From Amphiscolops sp. MND2022 (taxonomy: Eukaryota), in assembly GCA_964187785.1 (NCBI GenBank), contig OZ076409.1:89714001-89778000 (forward strand): a stretch of DNA of 64,000 nt. The letters are read 5' to 3'. Every line of letters begins with the position of its first letter. Position 1 is the stretch's first letter. Shown here one piece after another: positions 12,353 through 25,290 of the stretch. The notes below the pieces were generated by a model, which worked only from the letters and a program-made list of their open reading frames with translations, made no database searches and had not been told where the DNA came from. The translations under genes were made by a program, and so were the position numbers.

Positions 12353-15300
12353 AAAGTGAAATCGCTCGTTTATAAAAGCAATTACCTTGCACAAAATATT
12401 ATTCCCAAAAGAGTTAGCACCCCCTCGCCCTTCGGTGACGAATCCATTACAACTCAACAGAATCTCCTGTCGATGGGTTTCACCTACCACGACTATTTCA
12501 GATACCATTATGAAGAACAAAAGTATTTTTTTTAATGTTCTGAAGTCAAAGTTTTTGTCCGCTGTCTCGTCGGAAAGTTCTTCACAGTCTGCAACTTGTT
12601 TCAAATGTTTGCGCTCGTCCACAGAAGCGTACTGTTGAGATTTCTCTCTGTGTATTTTGAAAGTGTGACTTCAGCTTTAACTGACTTTGGATTCAATTTA
12701 AAAACCAAAAATTCTCAAATTTGTTGTTCTCAATGTCTAAAGTACATAACAAAAGAAGGAAGTTATTTTGTGATTGGTGGACGTACCAGCTCGCAGATGC
12801 TGCGGTAGAAATGCCCCAAACCAAAGTTACATCTGAAGGCATTGACAGACGGAAAAGAGTTTTGGAAGTCACGACAGCCTGTGCGGAGGAGACAGCTAGC
12901 AACTTTTACACCTTAACATGTAACATGTCCCAGCATCTCGGAAAGAAGCCTTTATTTGATGCTCTCAATAACTTTACCAAAGATGCAGACAGAGACATTT
13001 TCCAATCTGCTCTTCAAAGTTGTATGGGATTTTTCGTCAGAATGTGAGAAAATGTTTTTTCTTGTCAGGCAGTATATCGAAAAGTCACACGAGGAAAAGT
13101 CACACGAGGAAAAGTCACACGAGCAACACCTAAGAAAAAAGAATTTGGCGGCAGTGAGTGTTCCAAACTACGCAAAGAAATCTGCCCAATGCTCATTGCC
13201 TACTATGGTCCATGAGAACAAAACCGATTCGGTGTTTCAAGATCGCAATGAGCTATTTGTCGTAGGACAAACTTGAAAATATAAAACTAGTCAAGTCGTT
13301 CGACGAGCTTTCAAACTGTACAAAGAAGCTCTTGTTATACACTTACATATGTGTCAAGCTGCGAGTTTTAGATGCCATAAACAAGTCTATGTTAATGGTG
13401 AAACGCATTGTAGATACCCAGAATACACTCCAGTAATGAATATATTTTGAAAGAGGTCGAGGTTCAGCACTCCGATGAAGCTTTCGCCTTACTTGAAAGT
13501 CTAAGTTTAGCAAAAACGTTTCCTGAGTACGTAAACAAGTTTTCAGTCACCGACGAGCTCAAAGCAGGACAACGGTGCAACCCGAAAGAAAAAAATGCGA
13601 CGCCATTCAGTCCCGATTTGTTCCTCATTACACGTTCAGAGAACAACCTTTTAATTTGCGATCAATACATTCAAGCCAGGTTTATTGCCAAGTACGCAGC
13701 TGGTTTAAACGAAAAAGCACTAGTCATGTTCAAGCCTCGACAAAGCTCTAGTTATATCATTGTAGAAGTCGATGGTTGTGGACATAGTATTTAATTATTT
13801 TCTCATATATAGCAATAATTGTTTTTCTCATACCATTCTTGAATGAAATCAAACACCTTGCACGAAATATTATTCCCAAAAGAGTTAGCACCCCCTTGCC
13901 CTTCAGAGACGAATCCATTACAACTCAACAGAATGTCCTGTCGATGGGTTTCCCCTGTCGATGTGTAGCACGACTACGTTAGACACCATAATGAAGAACG
14001 AAAGCATTTTTAAAAAATGTTCTGAAAAGTCAAATTTTTTGTCCCTTGTCCCGTCGGAAAGTTCTTCACAGTCTGCACTTTTTTCAAATGTTTGCGCTCG
14101 TCCACAGAAGCGTAATGTTGAGATTCTCTCTGTGTATTTTGAAAGTGTGACTTCAGCTTTAACTGACTTTGGTTTCAATTTAAAAAGCAAAAATTCTCAA
14201 ATTCATTATTCTCAATGTTTAATGTACATAACAAAAGAAGGAAGTTATTTTGTGATTGGTGGACGTACCAGCTCGCAGATGCGGCGGTAGAAATGCCCCA
14301 AACCAAAGTTACATCTGAAGGCATTGACAGACGGAAAAGAGTTTTGGAAGTCACGACAGCCTGTGCGGAGGAGACAGCTAGCAACTTTTACACCTTAACA
14401 TGTAACATGTCCCAGCATCTCGGAAAGAAGCCTTTATTTGATGCTCTCAATAACTTTACCAAAGATGCAGACAGAGACATTTTCCAATCTGCTCTTCAAA
14501 GTTGTATGGGATTTTTCGTCAGAATGTGAGAAAATGTTTTTTCTTGTCAGGCAGTATATCGAAAAGTCACACGAGGAAAAGTCACACGAGGAAAAGTCAC
14601 ACGAGCAACACCTAAGAAAAAAGAATTTGGCGGCAGTGAGTGTTCCAAACTACGCAAAGAAATCTGCCCAATGCTCATTGCCTACTATGGTCCATGAGAA
14701 CAAAACCGATTCGGTGTTTCAAGATCGCAATGAGCTATTTGTCGTAGGACAAACTTGAAAATATAAAACTAGTCAAGTCGTTCGACGAGCTTTCAAACTG
14801 TACAAAGAAGCTCTTGTTATACACTTACATATGTGTCAAGCTGCGAGTTTTAGATGCCATAAACAAGTCTATGTTAATGGTGAAACGCATTGTAGATACC
14901 CAGAATACACTCCAGTAATGAATATATTTTGAAAGAGGTCGAGGTTCAGCACTCCGATGAAGCTTTCGCCTTACTTGAAAGTCTAAGTTTAGCAAAAACG
15001 TTTCCTGAGTACGTAAACAAGTTTTCAGTCACCGACGAGCTCAAAGCAGGACAACGGTGCAACCCGAAAGAAAAAAATGCGACGCCATTCAGTCCCGATT
15101 TGTTCCTCATTACACGTTCAGAGAACAACCTTTTAATTTGCGATCAATACATTCAAGCCAGGTTTATTGCCAAGTACGCAGCTGGTTTAAACGAAAAAGC
15201 ACTAGTCATGTTCAAGCCTCGACAAAGCTCTAGTTATATCATTGTAGAAGTCGATGGTTGTGGACATAGTATTTAATTATTTTCTCATATATAGCAATAA

Positions 15301-17685
15301 TTGTTTTTCTCATACCATTCTTGAATGAAATCAAACACCTTGCACGAAATATTATTCCCAAAAGAGTTAGCACCCCCTTGCCCTTCAGAGACGAATCCAT
15401 TACAACTCAACAGAATGTCCTGTCGATGGGTTTCCCCTGTCGATGTGTAGCACGACTACGTTAGACACCATAATGAAGAACGAAAGCATTTTTAAAAAAT
15501 GTTCTGAAAAGTCAAATTTTTTGTCCCTTGTCCCGTCGGAAAGTTCTTCACAGTCTGCACTTTTTTCAAATGTTTGCGCTCGTCCACAGAAGCGTAATGT
15601 TGAGATTCTCTCTGTGTATTTTGAAAGTGTGACTTCAGCTTTAACTGACTTTGGTTTCAATTTAAAAAGCAAAAATTCTCAAATTCATTATTCTCAATGT
15701 TTAATGTACATAACAAAAGAAGGAAGTTATTTTGTGATTGGTGGACGTACCAGCTCGCAGATGCTGCGGTAGAAATGCCCCAAACCAAAGTTACATCTGA
15801 AGGCTTTGACAGACGGAAAAGAGTTTTGGAAGTCACGGCAGCCTGTGCGGAGGAGACAGCTAGCAACTTTTAAACCTTAACATGTAACATGTCCCAGCAT
15901 CTCGGAAAGAAGCCTCTATTTGATGCTCTCAATAACTTTACCAAAGATGCAGACAGAGACATTTTCCAATCTGCTCTTCAAAGGTGTATGGGATTTTTCG
16001 TCAGAATGTGAGAAAATGTTTTCTCTTGTCAGACAGTATATCGAAAAGTCACACGAGCAACACCTAAGAAAAAAGAATTTGGTGGCAGTGAGTGTTCCAA
16101 ACTACGCAAAGAAATCTGCCCAATGCTCATTGCCTACTATGGTCCATGAGAACAAAACCGATTCGGTGTTTCAAGATCGCAATGAGCTATTTGTCGTAGG
16201 ACAAACTTGAAAATATAAAACTAGTCAAGTCGTTCGACGAGCTTTCAAACTGTACAAAGAAGCTCTTGCTATACACTTACATATGTGTCAAGCTGTGAGT
16301 TTTAGATGCCATAAACAAGTCTATGTTAATGGTGAAACGCATTGTAGATACCCAGAATACACTCCAGTAATGAATATATTTTGAAAGAGGTCGAGGTTCA
16401 GCACTCCGATGAAGCTTTCGCCTTACTTGAAAGTCGAAGTTCAGCAAAAACGGTTCCTGAGTACGTAAACAAGTTTTCAGTCACCGACGAGCTCAAAGCA
16501 GGACAAAGGTGCAACCCGAAAGAAAAAATGCGACGCCATTCAGTTCCGATTTGTTCCTCATTACACGTTCAGAGAACAACCTTTTAATTTGCGATCAATA
16601 CATTCAAGCCAGGTTTATTGCCAAGTACGCAGCTGGTTTAAACGAAAAAGCACTAGTCATGTTCAAGCCTCGACAAAGCTCTAGTTATATCATTGTAGAA
16701 GTCGATGGTTGTGGACATAGTATTTAATTATTTTCTCATATATAGCAATAATTGTTTTTCTCATACCATTCTTGAATGAAATCAAACACCTTGCACGAAA
16801 TATTATTCCCAAAAGAGTTAGCACCCCCTTGCCCTTCAGAGACGAATCCATTACAACTCAACAGAATGTCCTGTCGATGGGTTTCCCCTGTCGATGGGTA
16901 GCACGACTACGTTAGACACCATAATGAAGAACGAAAGCATTTTTGAAAAATGTTCTGAAAAGTCAAATTTTTTGTCCCTTGTCCCGTCGGAAAGTTCTTC
17001 ACAGTCTGCACTTTTTTCAAATGTTTGCGCTCGTCCACAGAAGCGTAATGTTGAGATTCTCTCTGTGTATTTTGAAAGTGTGACTTCAGCTTTAACTGAC
17101 TTTGGTTTCAATTTAAAAAGCAAAAATTCTCAAATTCATTATTCTCAATGTCTAATGTACATAACAAAAGAAGGAAGTTATTTTGTGATTGGTGGACGTA
17201 CCAGCTCGCAGATGCTGCGGTAGAAATGCCCCAAACCAAAGTTACATCTGAAGGCTTTGACAGACGGAAAAGAGTTTTGGAAGTCACGGCAGCCTGTGCG
17301 GAGGAGACAGCTAGCAACTTTTAAACCTTAACATGTAACATGTCCCAGGATCTCGGAAAGAAGCCTTTGTTTGATGCTCTCAATAACTTTACCAAAAATG
17401 CAGACAGAGACATTTTCCAATCTGCTCTTCAAAGTTGTATGGGATTTTTCGTCAGAATGTGAGAAAATGTTTTCTCTTGTCAGGCAGTATATCGAAAAGT
17501 CACACGAGCAACACCTAAGAAAAAAAATTTGGTGGCAGTAAGTGTTCCAAACTACGCAAAGAAATCTGCCCAATGCTCATTGCCTACTATGTTCCATGAG
17601 AACAAAACCGATTCGGTGTTTCAAGATCGCAATGGGCTATTTGTCGTAGGACAAACTTGAAAATATAAAACTAGTCAATTCGTTC

Positions 17686-20600
17686 TGGAAAATTAATTCT
17701 ATTCAACAATATATTGCAAGCCCCACCGTACAAACACAACTGAAACATAGGTTAACAATCTGCCCGTGTTTTACAATGTATTGAATAGATTAATTAATTA
17801 ATTTTAAAATTACGTCACAGTCAGAGTGTAGCGATTAGACAGGCATAGACACGGAACACACACGTGCGCGTGAGTGTTCACGCGTGGTTGAATGAACAAA
17901 ATGAATACATTACCAGGCGCGTATATTTGTGCTTGGGAAATACATGGTAAAGACTATAACAGACACAGGGAGTAGGGTAAATAAAATGAATACATTATGC
18001 AGCACGTTTCTATCATAATGAGGATGAAACTGCACACATAAGCAAAGAAATAGAGTAACAGGGGAATAATCTGAATACCTTATACAACTGGTGTTGGGGA
18101 ATTTCAAGGGTGTGGAATATTGATTTATAACAAAATGCATACATTATAGATCAGCATAGTGAATAAAAATCAACATATAAACGACAGTACACAAACAAAA
18201 GATGAATTAAACAACCGAATACAGAGAGTGCACCAATATGATAGACTGCAATTTCACCTATAATTTCGGAATTTTTGAAGTTTTGAGGCAGTTTGAAAGT
18301 AATTCTGCCGCTCTGCTGCTGCATTTAGTTAGCGAATCTGCCAGTTGTAATTCTGTTGATACCCATATAACTTTCTGGACGGATTTTTCGCTAATCATAC
18401 TTCGTAAATATCCCAGATCGACTCTCAACCGGCGATCACACACAGATGTGGTAGAATATAGGTTTTCTACAAGAGACGCATTATCGGTTATGGCAACTAT
18501 AGGAAATTCTACATTCAAAATTTCGTTGAAAAGTTGCTGGCATGAATATGCGGCATCAATACCCTCCACCATGGCAATTGTTTCAGCTGAAAGTGTGCTT
18601 CTAATTATACGTATAAGCCGCGAAGATCTCCAACGTAACAGGGAACAAGGACATACTTTATCGTCGCTAACAGATGCTAAAAAGACCAGATATCCTCCCT
18701 GAGTACCCCCATCGTCGTAATTGTTAAATGATGCATCAGAATAGACAATAATTGCCCATTTGTCGTTCGGGGAAAGTTTTGAGAAGGTCAATCGGCATTC
18801 CGCGACGGAGTGTAGCACTTTCCTAATTATCTTGTTGGCTTGTAAGAAATCAGATACCGTTCCATTTTCAATCTTACTGCTAAAAAAACTAGTTTGAAAA
18901 GCCAGATCTGGGCGTGAATGCACTGTCAGCCACAGTAATTGTCCAATGCATACTCGAAGACTTTTCTTCTCCGCTCGTGTCAGCTTGGATGATTTTTCTG
19001 ACTTCCTCTGCAGATCAATAGAAATTTCGTTAAGAGCTGCAGCATAGGTGGTTTGGTCAATACTACAAGCGCCATTTCCTTTACGTGAAATGTCAACACC
19101 AAGATATTTACATGGCACGGACGTAATTTTTCCAATAACAAACGTACAATTTAAATAGTTCACCACAGTTTGTTCGAACAGCGAGTCACCGGCCCACCAG
19201 AAATCGTCTACATGCACGGTAAGAACATCGTTGCAGACACTGTTTTCGCGCCTATAAAATACACAGTTATCATACTTCGATTTCACACACCCAGTGGCCA
19301 ATAGTTCGTCGCAGACTCGGTTAAACCATTGTCGGGGAGCGTCGGTCAGGCCATAGACCGCCTTCTGTAGTTTCCAGAGGGTATTTGGTTGACGAGCCTC
19401 TATGGGTGGCAGTAAATACACATCGCGTTTTATTTCAGATCCCTGGAGAAATGCAGTTTTCACGTCAATGCACCCAGAATTCCAATGTGGCCTTGACGCG
19501 AATAACGCTAGTACTGCTCGGAAAGATTCTTTTGAACACGTCGGTGAAACTTTCAGCACAATATCGTATTCAGGATCCTCGAAACCACGCGCAACAAGTC
19601 TGGTCTTTTTCGTGTCTTCCTTTTCACTGCATACCCAGCGGGTAGTAATAAACTGTTGATTCTCCAGGGGTACTTTGGTATAAACGTTGAATTGCTCCCA
19701 ACTTTGAAGCTCTTTAGTTTTCGCGTTCTCGAAGTCTTCTTCCTGGACCGTTGCAATCAGAGCTGTTACAGTTTCCCAATGGGAAACTCCATCCTGCAGA
19801 TCGATTGCTCCTCTTGTGCCGAGTAAGCATTCTGGTTCCGTGTACTCAATATTAGCCCAGTGCTTGTGTATTCCTTTGGACTTACCGGCGCGTCCAATTA
19901 CGCGAGCCTCATAGGTTCTGTCATCTCCAGGAGTGGAAAAGCGTATCATAGCATTTCTGGAGGGGAAGACAATATGTTTCGAGGACTCCACTTGCTGGTC
20001 ATCAGGTTCACATCCCTGCTTAGTGCTAGAGACCTCGTTTTTCTGATGATCAGCTGGTGCATCGTCGTTGGGCGTTCCCTTCTCCTCTTGGTCCACGTCT
20101 TCGGTCTCACATGTTCGCTCTTCGAATATGGAGTGATCAATGCAATCGTTATTTTGACTCAATTGTTTTGGTGACGCTGTAGTGGGACTTTGTTTATAGA
20201 TTTTGAGCTCCTCTACTGTTCGCGCCACCTTCCGAAGTTGAGTGCAATGAATCCTTGACACATATCCTCCTTGTTTGACGACGACTGTCGGTCCTTCCTG
20301 ACCAATTAATGTTGCAGGACCTCTCCAGACTGAATCTCTCTGACGTTTGAAATAAACACGATCCCCTTGATCAAAGGGACCATCATCCGAGCGGGTGTTG
20401 TACCTGAGAGCCTTCTTTATTCGATCTAACGATTCCGCTTGTAAATACGACTGTCTGGTCAAGTGTAGCAATTTCAAATGATTAGCAACAGATACAGAGG
20501 TTGTAACGTTTTACAGCGCCGGAGGCTTATTTGTTACGACATTGGGAATAGTGGGGTTGCTCCCAAAAACAATTTGGTATGGCGTAAATCCGTTCTTGTT

Positions 20601-22665
20601 GAAAAGACAATTTTTGGCATGGGCTGAATACTTCATTATAATCTTGTCGTTAAAATCAGCGTTTGACGAGCATTCTCGTGACTTCAAAAACGTTTCTGTC
20701 AATACACTGTTATGTCGCTCACAAATACCGTTCGACCAGGGACTTTCACCAGGTGTAGCAATTATTTCAACGTCATAATTTTCACACATAGATCGAAACT
20801 TGTCATTGTCAAATTCGCCACCATTATCAGTTAGGACTTTTTGGGGCATGCCATAAACAGATCCCCAGATTTCCAAGACTCCATTTATAATGGTTTCAGG
20901 TTTCTTGTCGTAAATTAGCGTTGCTGCGCTATACCTGCTAAACATATCGATAACGTGTAGATAGTAGACGTCCCTGCCCAGAGTGGTTAATTCATGAAGA
21001 TCCATAGCCAAGACCTCGTTGAAACTTGTTGCCATTGGAAGGGAAGCTACGGGTTTTGGCCTCGCTTTGCCAAAACGAATACAGATATCACATTTCCGTA
21101 CGACTTCATCGATTGCATCAAGTGTACTTTTGTCATTGATGCCCGCGTTTTTCAGAAGTTGTTGCAGCTTTGAACTCGAGCAATGACCAAACTGACAATG
21201 CAATTTCTCAATTTGAGCTCTAGTAATGTCTCCAGTGGCAATAAAGGCTGTGTGATCAGTGTAACCTGTGGGCAGGATTTCAATTAACATAGGACCAGTA
21301 GAACATTCACGGAGGTCAATATGCGCGTCTAACCCTTCCAGTGTAACGAATTTCTGTTTTGTATGGATCACCATACCAGCCTTCTTCATCGATTTTATAC
21401 TGATTAAAAGTGGTAGATCGCCTGGAATAATTTCACAATTGAGACGACAAGTGACAGCACCAAACTTGACTGGTAAGAGAACTTTATAGGTTGCTTCTAC
21501 GCGTTTGTTGTCGCCAAAGACAATGGCGGCGGTTGACTTTTCATGTGACAGGGGTAGCAAACCAGAAGGTAGTAAATTGACATATGCCTTGAACCCCGCA
21601 TCTCCAGCCACCGTCGCTGTACAGGCGGTATCGAGTATGCCAGAGGTTTTACACTCAGTCAACAATTTTGTACATTGCATAGCGAACGTAAGATAGACTT
21701 TCTCGCCGTCTTCATCGTTTTGAATTGAAAGTTTTGCCAGTGGCTGGTCGGTATCGCCGTCTGGACAGTCCTTTGCCCAATGAAACCGGGAGGCACACAC
21801 CGCGCATGACGTAATACGACCACTGCTGTCCGTGGGATTTGTTCCCCGACAGCCACGCATACCAAATCGCTTGCCTCGCGATTGGCCTCTGTTTGTAAAT
21901 GATGATCTTCCGCGACTGTTTTTCCACTGCTCATGTCTGCCACGGTATTTTCCAGCCCATAATGCAGACTCCTATGTCTGGACAACGGGATCAGAGTCTG
22001 TCGAGGCCACAAAAGCTGGTTCTTCTTTGACAACCGGTGCGTTAGAACTACTGGCTGTGGACGAAGCATAGATACGTTTCAAGGCACTCTTCATGGCAGT
22101 GAATTCCAGTTTTGGTGTTGCCGCTAATACCAATTGTTTCTCCTTAACATCTAAACTCGTTGAATGCAGGAGTTTGCATGCAAGAACAGAATCAGATAAA
22201 GTCATCTTGTGTTTCTGAATTCTTGAATAGGCACTTTCAAAGTCGACAATGTGTTGAACTACGGATTTTGAGCCTCGTGTTAAGGACTCGAATCTCTCAT
22301 AGGCCTCAAAAGCCTGATCTGCGCTTCTTTCGCAAATGCCTTCTCCAACTTCGCGAGGAGAGTCTGTAGGCCAGTATCGGCCTTAAGTTCGTCGATAGAT
22401 ACTTCCATGGCGACTTCGCGTTTTCTTCCGTGTAATGAAAGCGCAACTGCTGGTCCTTGTTTGGTCTTCGCCAAATCGGTAACTAGTTGCCATAATTCCA
22501 TCTCAGTCTTCCAGGCATCGAAGGGCTTCTCATCCTCCCATGACGGCGGGGTTTTACAGCTTGAACTGGCGTTGTTTAACATCCTGCTACCATGAGAAAA
22601 TTAATTCTATTCAACAATATATTGCAAGCCCCACCGTACAAACACAACTGAAACATAGGTTAACA
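17686..22665 (-). mobile_element. Near full-length Ty1/copia LTR retrotransposon, GalEa-like, 4980 bp
   Basis: LTRs at 22593-22665 and 17686-17757 (TG...CA, one indel). gttc is duplicated at 17682-17685 and 22666-22669. PBS TGGTAGCAG. Domain order is gag-CCHC-PR-IN-RT-RH. Confidence 0.95.
18258..22582 (-). pseudogene. copia gag-pol with 1 frameshift (~22320) and 2 in-frame stops (21972, 20511)
   Basis: CAVCASRFHWAKDC knuckle, ILDTAC protease, HHCC plus DLHEL/TDNGGEF/SNGICE integrase, TRWV/RLVARGFE/DVKTAFLQG/YGLTDAPRQW/HVDDF RT, YSDASF/LADSLTK RNase H. Confidence 0.93.
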
Positions 22666-23739
22666 GTTCGACGAGCTTTCAAACTGTACAAAGAAGCTCT
22701 TGCTATACACTTACATATGTGTCAAGCTGCGAGTTTTAGATGCCATAAACAAGTCTATGTTACTGGTGAAACGCATTGTAGATACCGAGAATACACTCCA
22801 GTAATGAATATCTTTTGAAAGAGGTCGAGGTTCAGCACTCCGATGAAGCTTTCGCCTTACTTGAAAGTCTAAGTTTACCAAAAACGGTTCCTGAGTACGT
22901 AAACAAGTTTTCAGTCACCGACGAGCTCAAAGCAGGACAACGGTGCTACCCGAAAGAAAAAAAAACAAAATGCGACGCCATTCGGTCCCGATTTGTTCCT
23001 CATTACACGTTCAGAGAACAACCTTTTAATTTGCGATCAATACATTCAAGCCATGTTTATTGCCAAGTACGCAGCTGGTTTAAACGAAAAAGCACTAGTC
23101 ATGTTCAAGCCTCGACAAAGCTCCAGTTATATCATTGTTGAAGTCGATGGTTGTGGGACATAGTATTTAATTATGTTGTTTATTGCAATAATTTTGGTGT
23201 TTTTCTTTCTCATACCATTCTTGAATGAAAGTTTTTGTTCTGCGATTTTTCAGCTATAATGGACGTTTTAGGATTGTGATAGGTAGTACATTTATCAAAG
23301 GTTTACAGTGAAAGTGACAAGGAGATTCAGGCTTAGAAAAATGTCTTTTTTCAAAGAAAAACTCAACGGCTCTCATGGACTTTTTCATGTTTTTCAGGCT
23401 GCTGGGACTTTTCTCCAAAGCACAGAGGAATACTGCCAGGATTTTCTTAGCTACAGAAAGTTTTACTAAAACTTGGCAAGCAAGGTCCCTGAATTTTCCG
23501 TTTTATGAAATAAATACCGATAAAACAAAAATCGTCATCTATATAAATGATAAACGTGAAATCGTCATCTAAATAAAAGTGAAATAAATGATCAAAACCT
23601 TCTGGATACTGTCTGGATATAGTGAGAAAGAAGTGAAAAAGAAGGCTACCGCTCACTCAGAGCTCAAATCACAAACTCGAAGAAAGACGAGGAACTTTCT
23701 CGCGGATATTTAAAAATAACAGAATGGGATAATACCAAC

Positions 23740-24002
23740 CTCAACTTCATACTGCAACTGTGAGTTATCCAGAACTCTCAGCAATCTATCTTGACAAGCC
23801 AAAACTGCCCGCATGTCGCTATCAGAGGCATTGAGGACACATATGTCATTTATTTTGTCAGTGCAAAGGTAGTAATCAGTTTCTTTCAAGTCAATAAATT
23901 TATTGTACACATTATCTGTGGCGAGAAACAAACTGCTTCCTTTGACGACGCAAGATTTAATTGCACTGCTCATCCCAGAAGGAAATGTCAAGAAGTTTTT
24001 AC
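23740..24002 (-). CDS. BBS7: BBS7 coding exon 3
   Basis: GKNFLTF...DKINDICVL...VLACQDRLLRVL...YEVE matches BBS7. Acceptor tttcag|, donor GAG|gttggt. Length 263 nt keeps the frame. Confidence 0.93.
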
Positions 24003-24215
24003 CTGAAACATTTATGCATTCTACACCACGTTGAACCACGCCCAAACCAGCGGTAAAGTTTAGCAGCGGTAAAGTTTATAGTTTAACCATAATGGTTGAA
24101 AAGGTTGTAAGGTTAAGTATCTCAGCATCTGTTTAAAAGTTCAAACATGTAAAACTTTGTTGAACGTTCTCTGACTTGAAAAAATTATAGAGTAATCATC
24201 AATCAACGAACTAAC

Positions 24216-24405
24216 CCTTTCTCGTGAATGCTTTAATCTCAGAACCGGATGCTGCGAACATTTTATCCAAAGCAGTTCCCAACTGTCCTCCTAGGGCTAT
24301 TGCTGATGCCTTCTTTGGCAGAGGAGCTTTAAAAATGATGTTGGGCGCTCCTTTCTTTACTCCAAACACCAGCAAATTCCCAGAGCTGTCGCCAACAACA
24401 ATTTT
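24216..24405 (-). CDS. BBS7: BBS7 coding exon 2
   Basis: KIVVGDSSGNLLVFGVKKG...AASGSEIKAFTRK matches BBS7 (KVVIGDHDG...EIRGFTKR). Acceptor ttacag|, donor G|gttagt. Length 190 nt keeps the frame. Confidence 0.93.
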
Positions 24406-25194
24406 CTGTAAAACATGACGGGTGTATGATATCAATTCTAATGATCAGTGAGGTTTCAGCTTCGAATGCTTGAAGAAGCAACTTGCTGTGAATGTGAACT
24501 TTAGCGTTCGCTCTGGACTGCAAATATTATGAAAAAAATTTCAATAATATCCAGGTTTGTTGAACTCGGGTAAGTGTTAACCTTGGATAAAATTGGATCA
24601 GAACTGTAAACATGCGGAGCTAAACCCAAATTATTGAGTTGAATGTCAACGTGTGAGACAATATGTGGAAATGAAGGTAAAATTTTGATGGCAGTTTCTC
24701 ACGAGATCCGCCCTGAACAACTGAAGTTGCCACGCCAAATGCTGGACTTCTTTCAGCTTGACTTCATTACTTGTGCCGCATGTGCGGTAAAGGAGTCAGA
24801 AACGGATTGAAATATTGAAAAACAAATTACGTACTTTGTCGTTTGGTCATTTTTGGATTCATTTTGGCTATGTTTCTCATATCATTTCGCACGCAGGGGC
24901 ACCTTTAGGCGTAGAGTGACTTGTTATATTTTATAAAAATCGTATGGACAGTTTTTGACAATGTTTAAATTTTCGTTGAAAGGTCGGGAGAAAACAGCAC
25001 AAGTGCAGTATAAGTTTTGAACCAATAAAAGGACCAGTTTAATCCGTAGTTTAACTCTACAGGTACAAAACAACGAAAAACTCATCTCAAATAGGGTTTA
25101 CGCTGACACGTGGGATTTCTCCAAAGTGTAATATTCCAAATCATCCAAACTAAGATTACTTCTGAAAATGAAATCAATCAACTAATTAATTTAC

Positions 25195-25290
25195 CTGTGT
25201 TTGACCATCTTTAGAAGGGAGCAGTTCCAGACACTTCAGATCAACATGCCCAACATTGATGTAGTCTACTCTCTGCAGACTCAAAGACAT
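25195..25290 (-). CDS. BBS7: BBS7 coding exon 1 (Bardet-Biedl syndrome 7, BBSome subunit)
   Basis: Manual translation gives MSLSLQRVDYINVGHVDLKCLELLPSKDGQTQ, which matches the BBS7 N-terminus (human MDLILNRMDYLQVG...). It ends at a phase-0 donor CAG|gtaaat. Too short to appear in the ORF track. Confidence 0.9.

Larger units (their letters stand above)
12380..23230. repeat. Four-unit ~1.45-1.48 kb tandem array; unit 4 is split by the copia insertion
   Basis: accttgcac(a/g)aaatattattcccaaaagagttagcacccc recurs near 12385, 13856, 15338 and 16788. Duplicated ORFs are offset by 1482 bp. Unit 4 resumes at 22666. Confidence 0.95.

Noticed and set aside
2040-17685. CRISPR array or prokaryotic defence locus
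   Set aside because: Repeats are 0.9-2.3 kb whole-unit duplications with no unique spacers, no cas genes are present, and the context is a spliceosomal intron.
18238-18702. 154-aa ORF antisense to the copia RNase H, and similar shadow ORFs over CCT6 and other TEs
   Set aside because: Shadow frames of real coding sequence with no independent signal.
23447-23656. YLDDDF/YIDDDF as an RT active-site relic
   Set aside because: It arises from a short duplicated aaatcgtcatcta motif, and no other RT motifs are nearby.
24688-24810. 40-aa antisense ORF in BBS7 intron 1
   Set aside because: Short, no recognisable motif, and within chance expectation.
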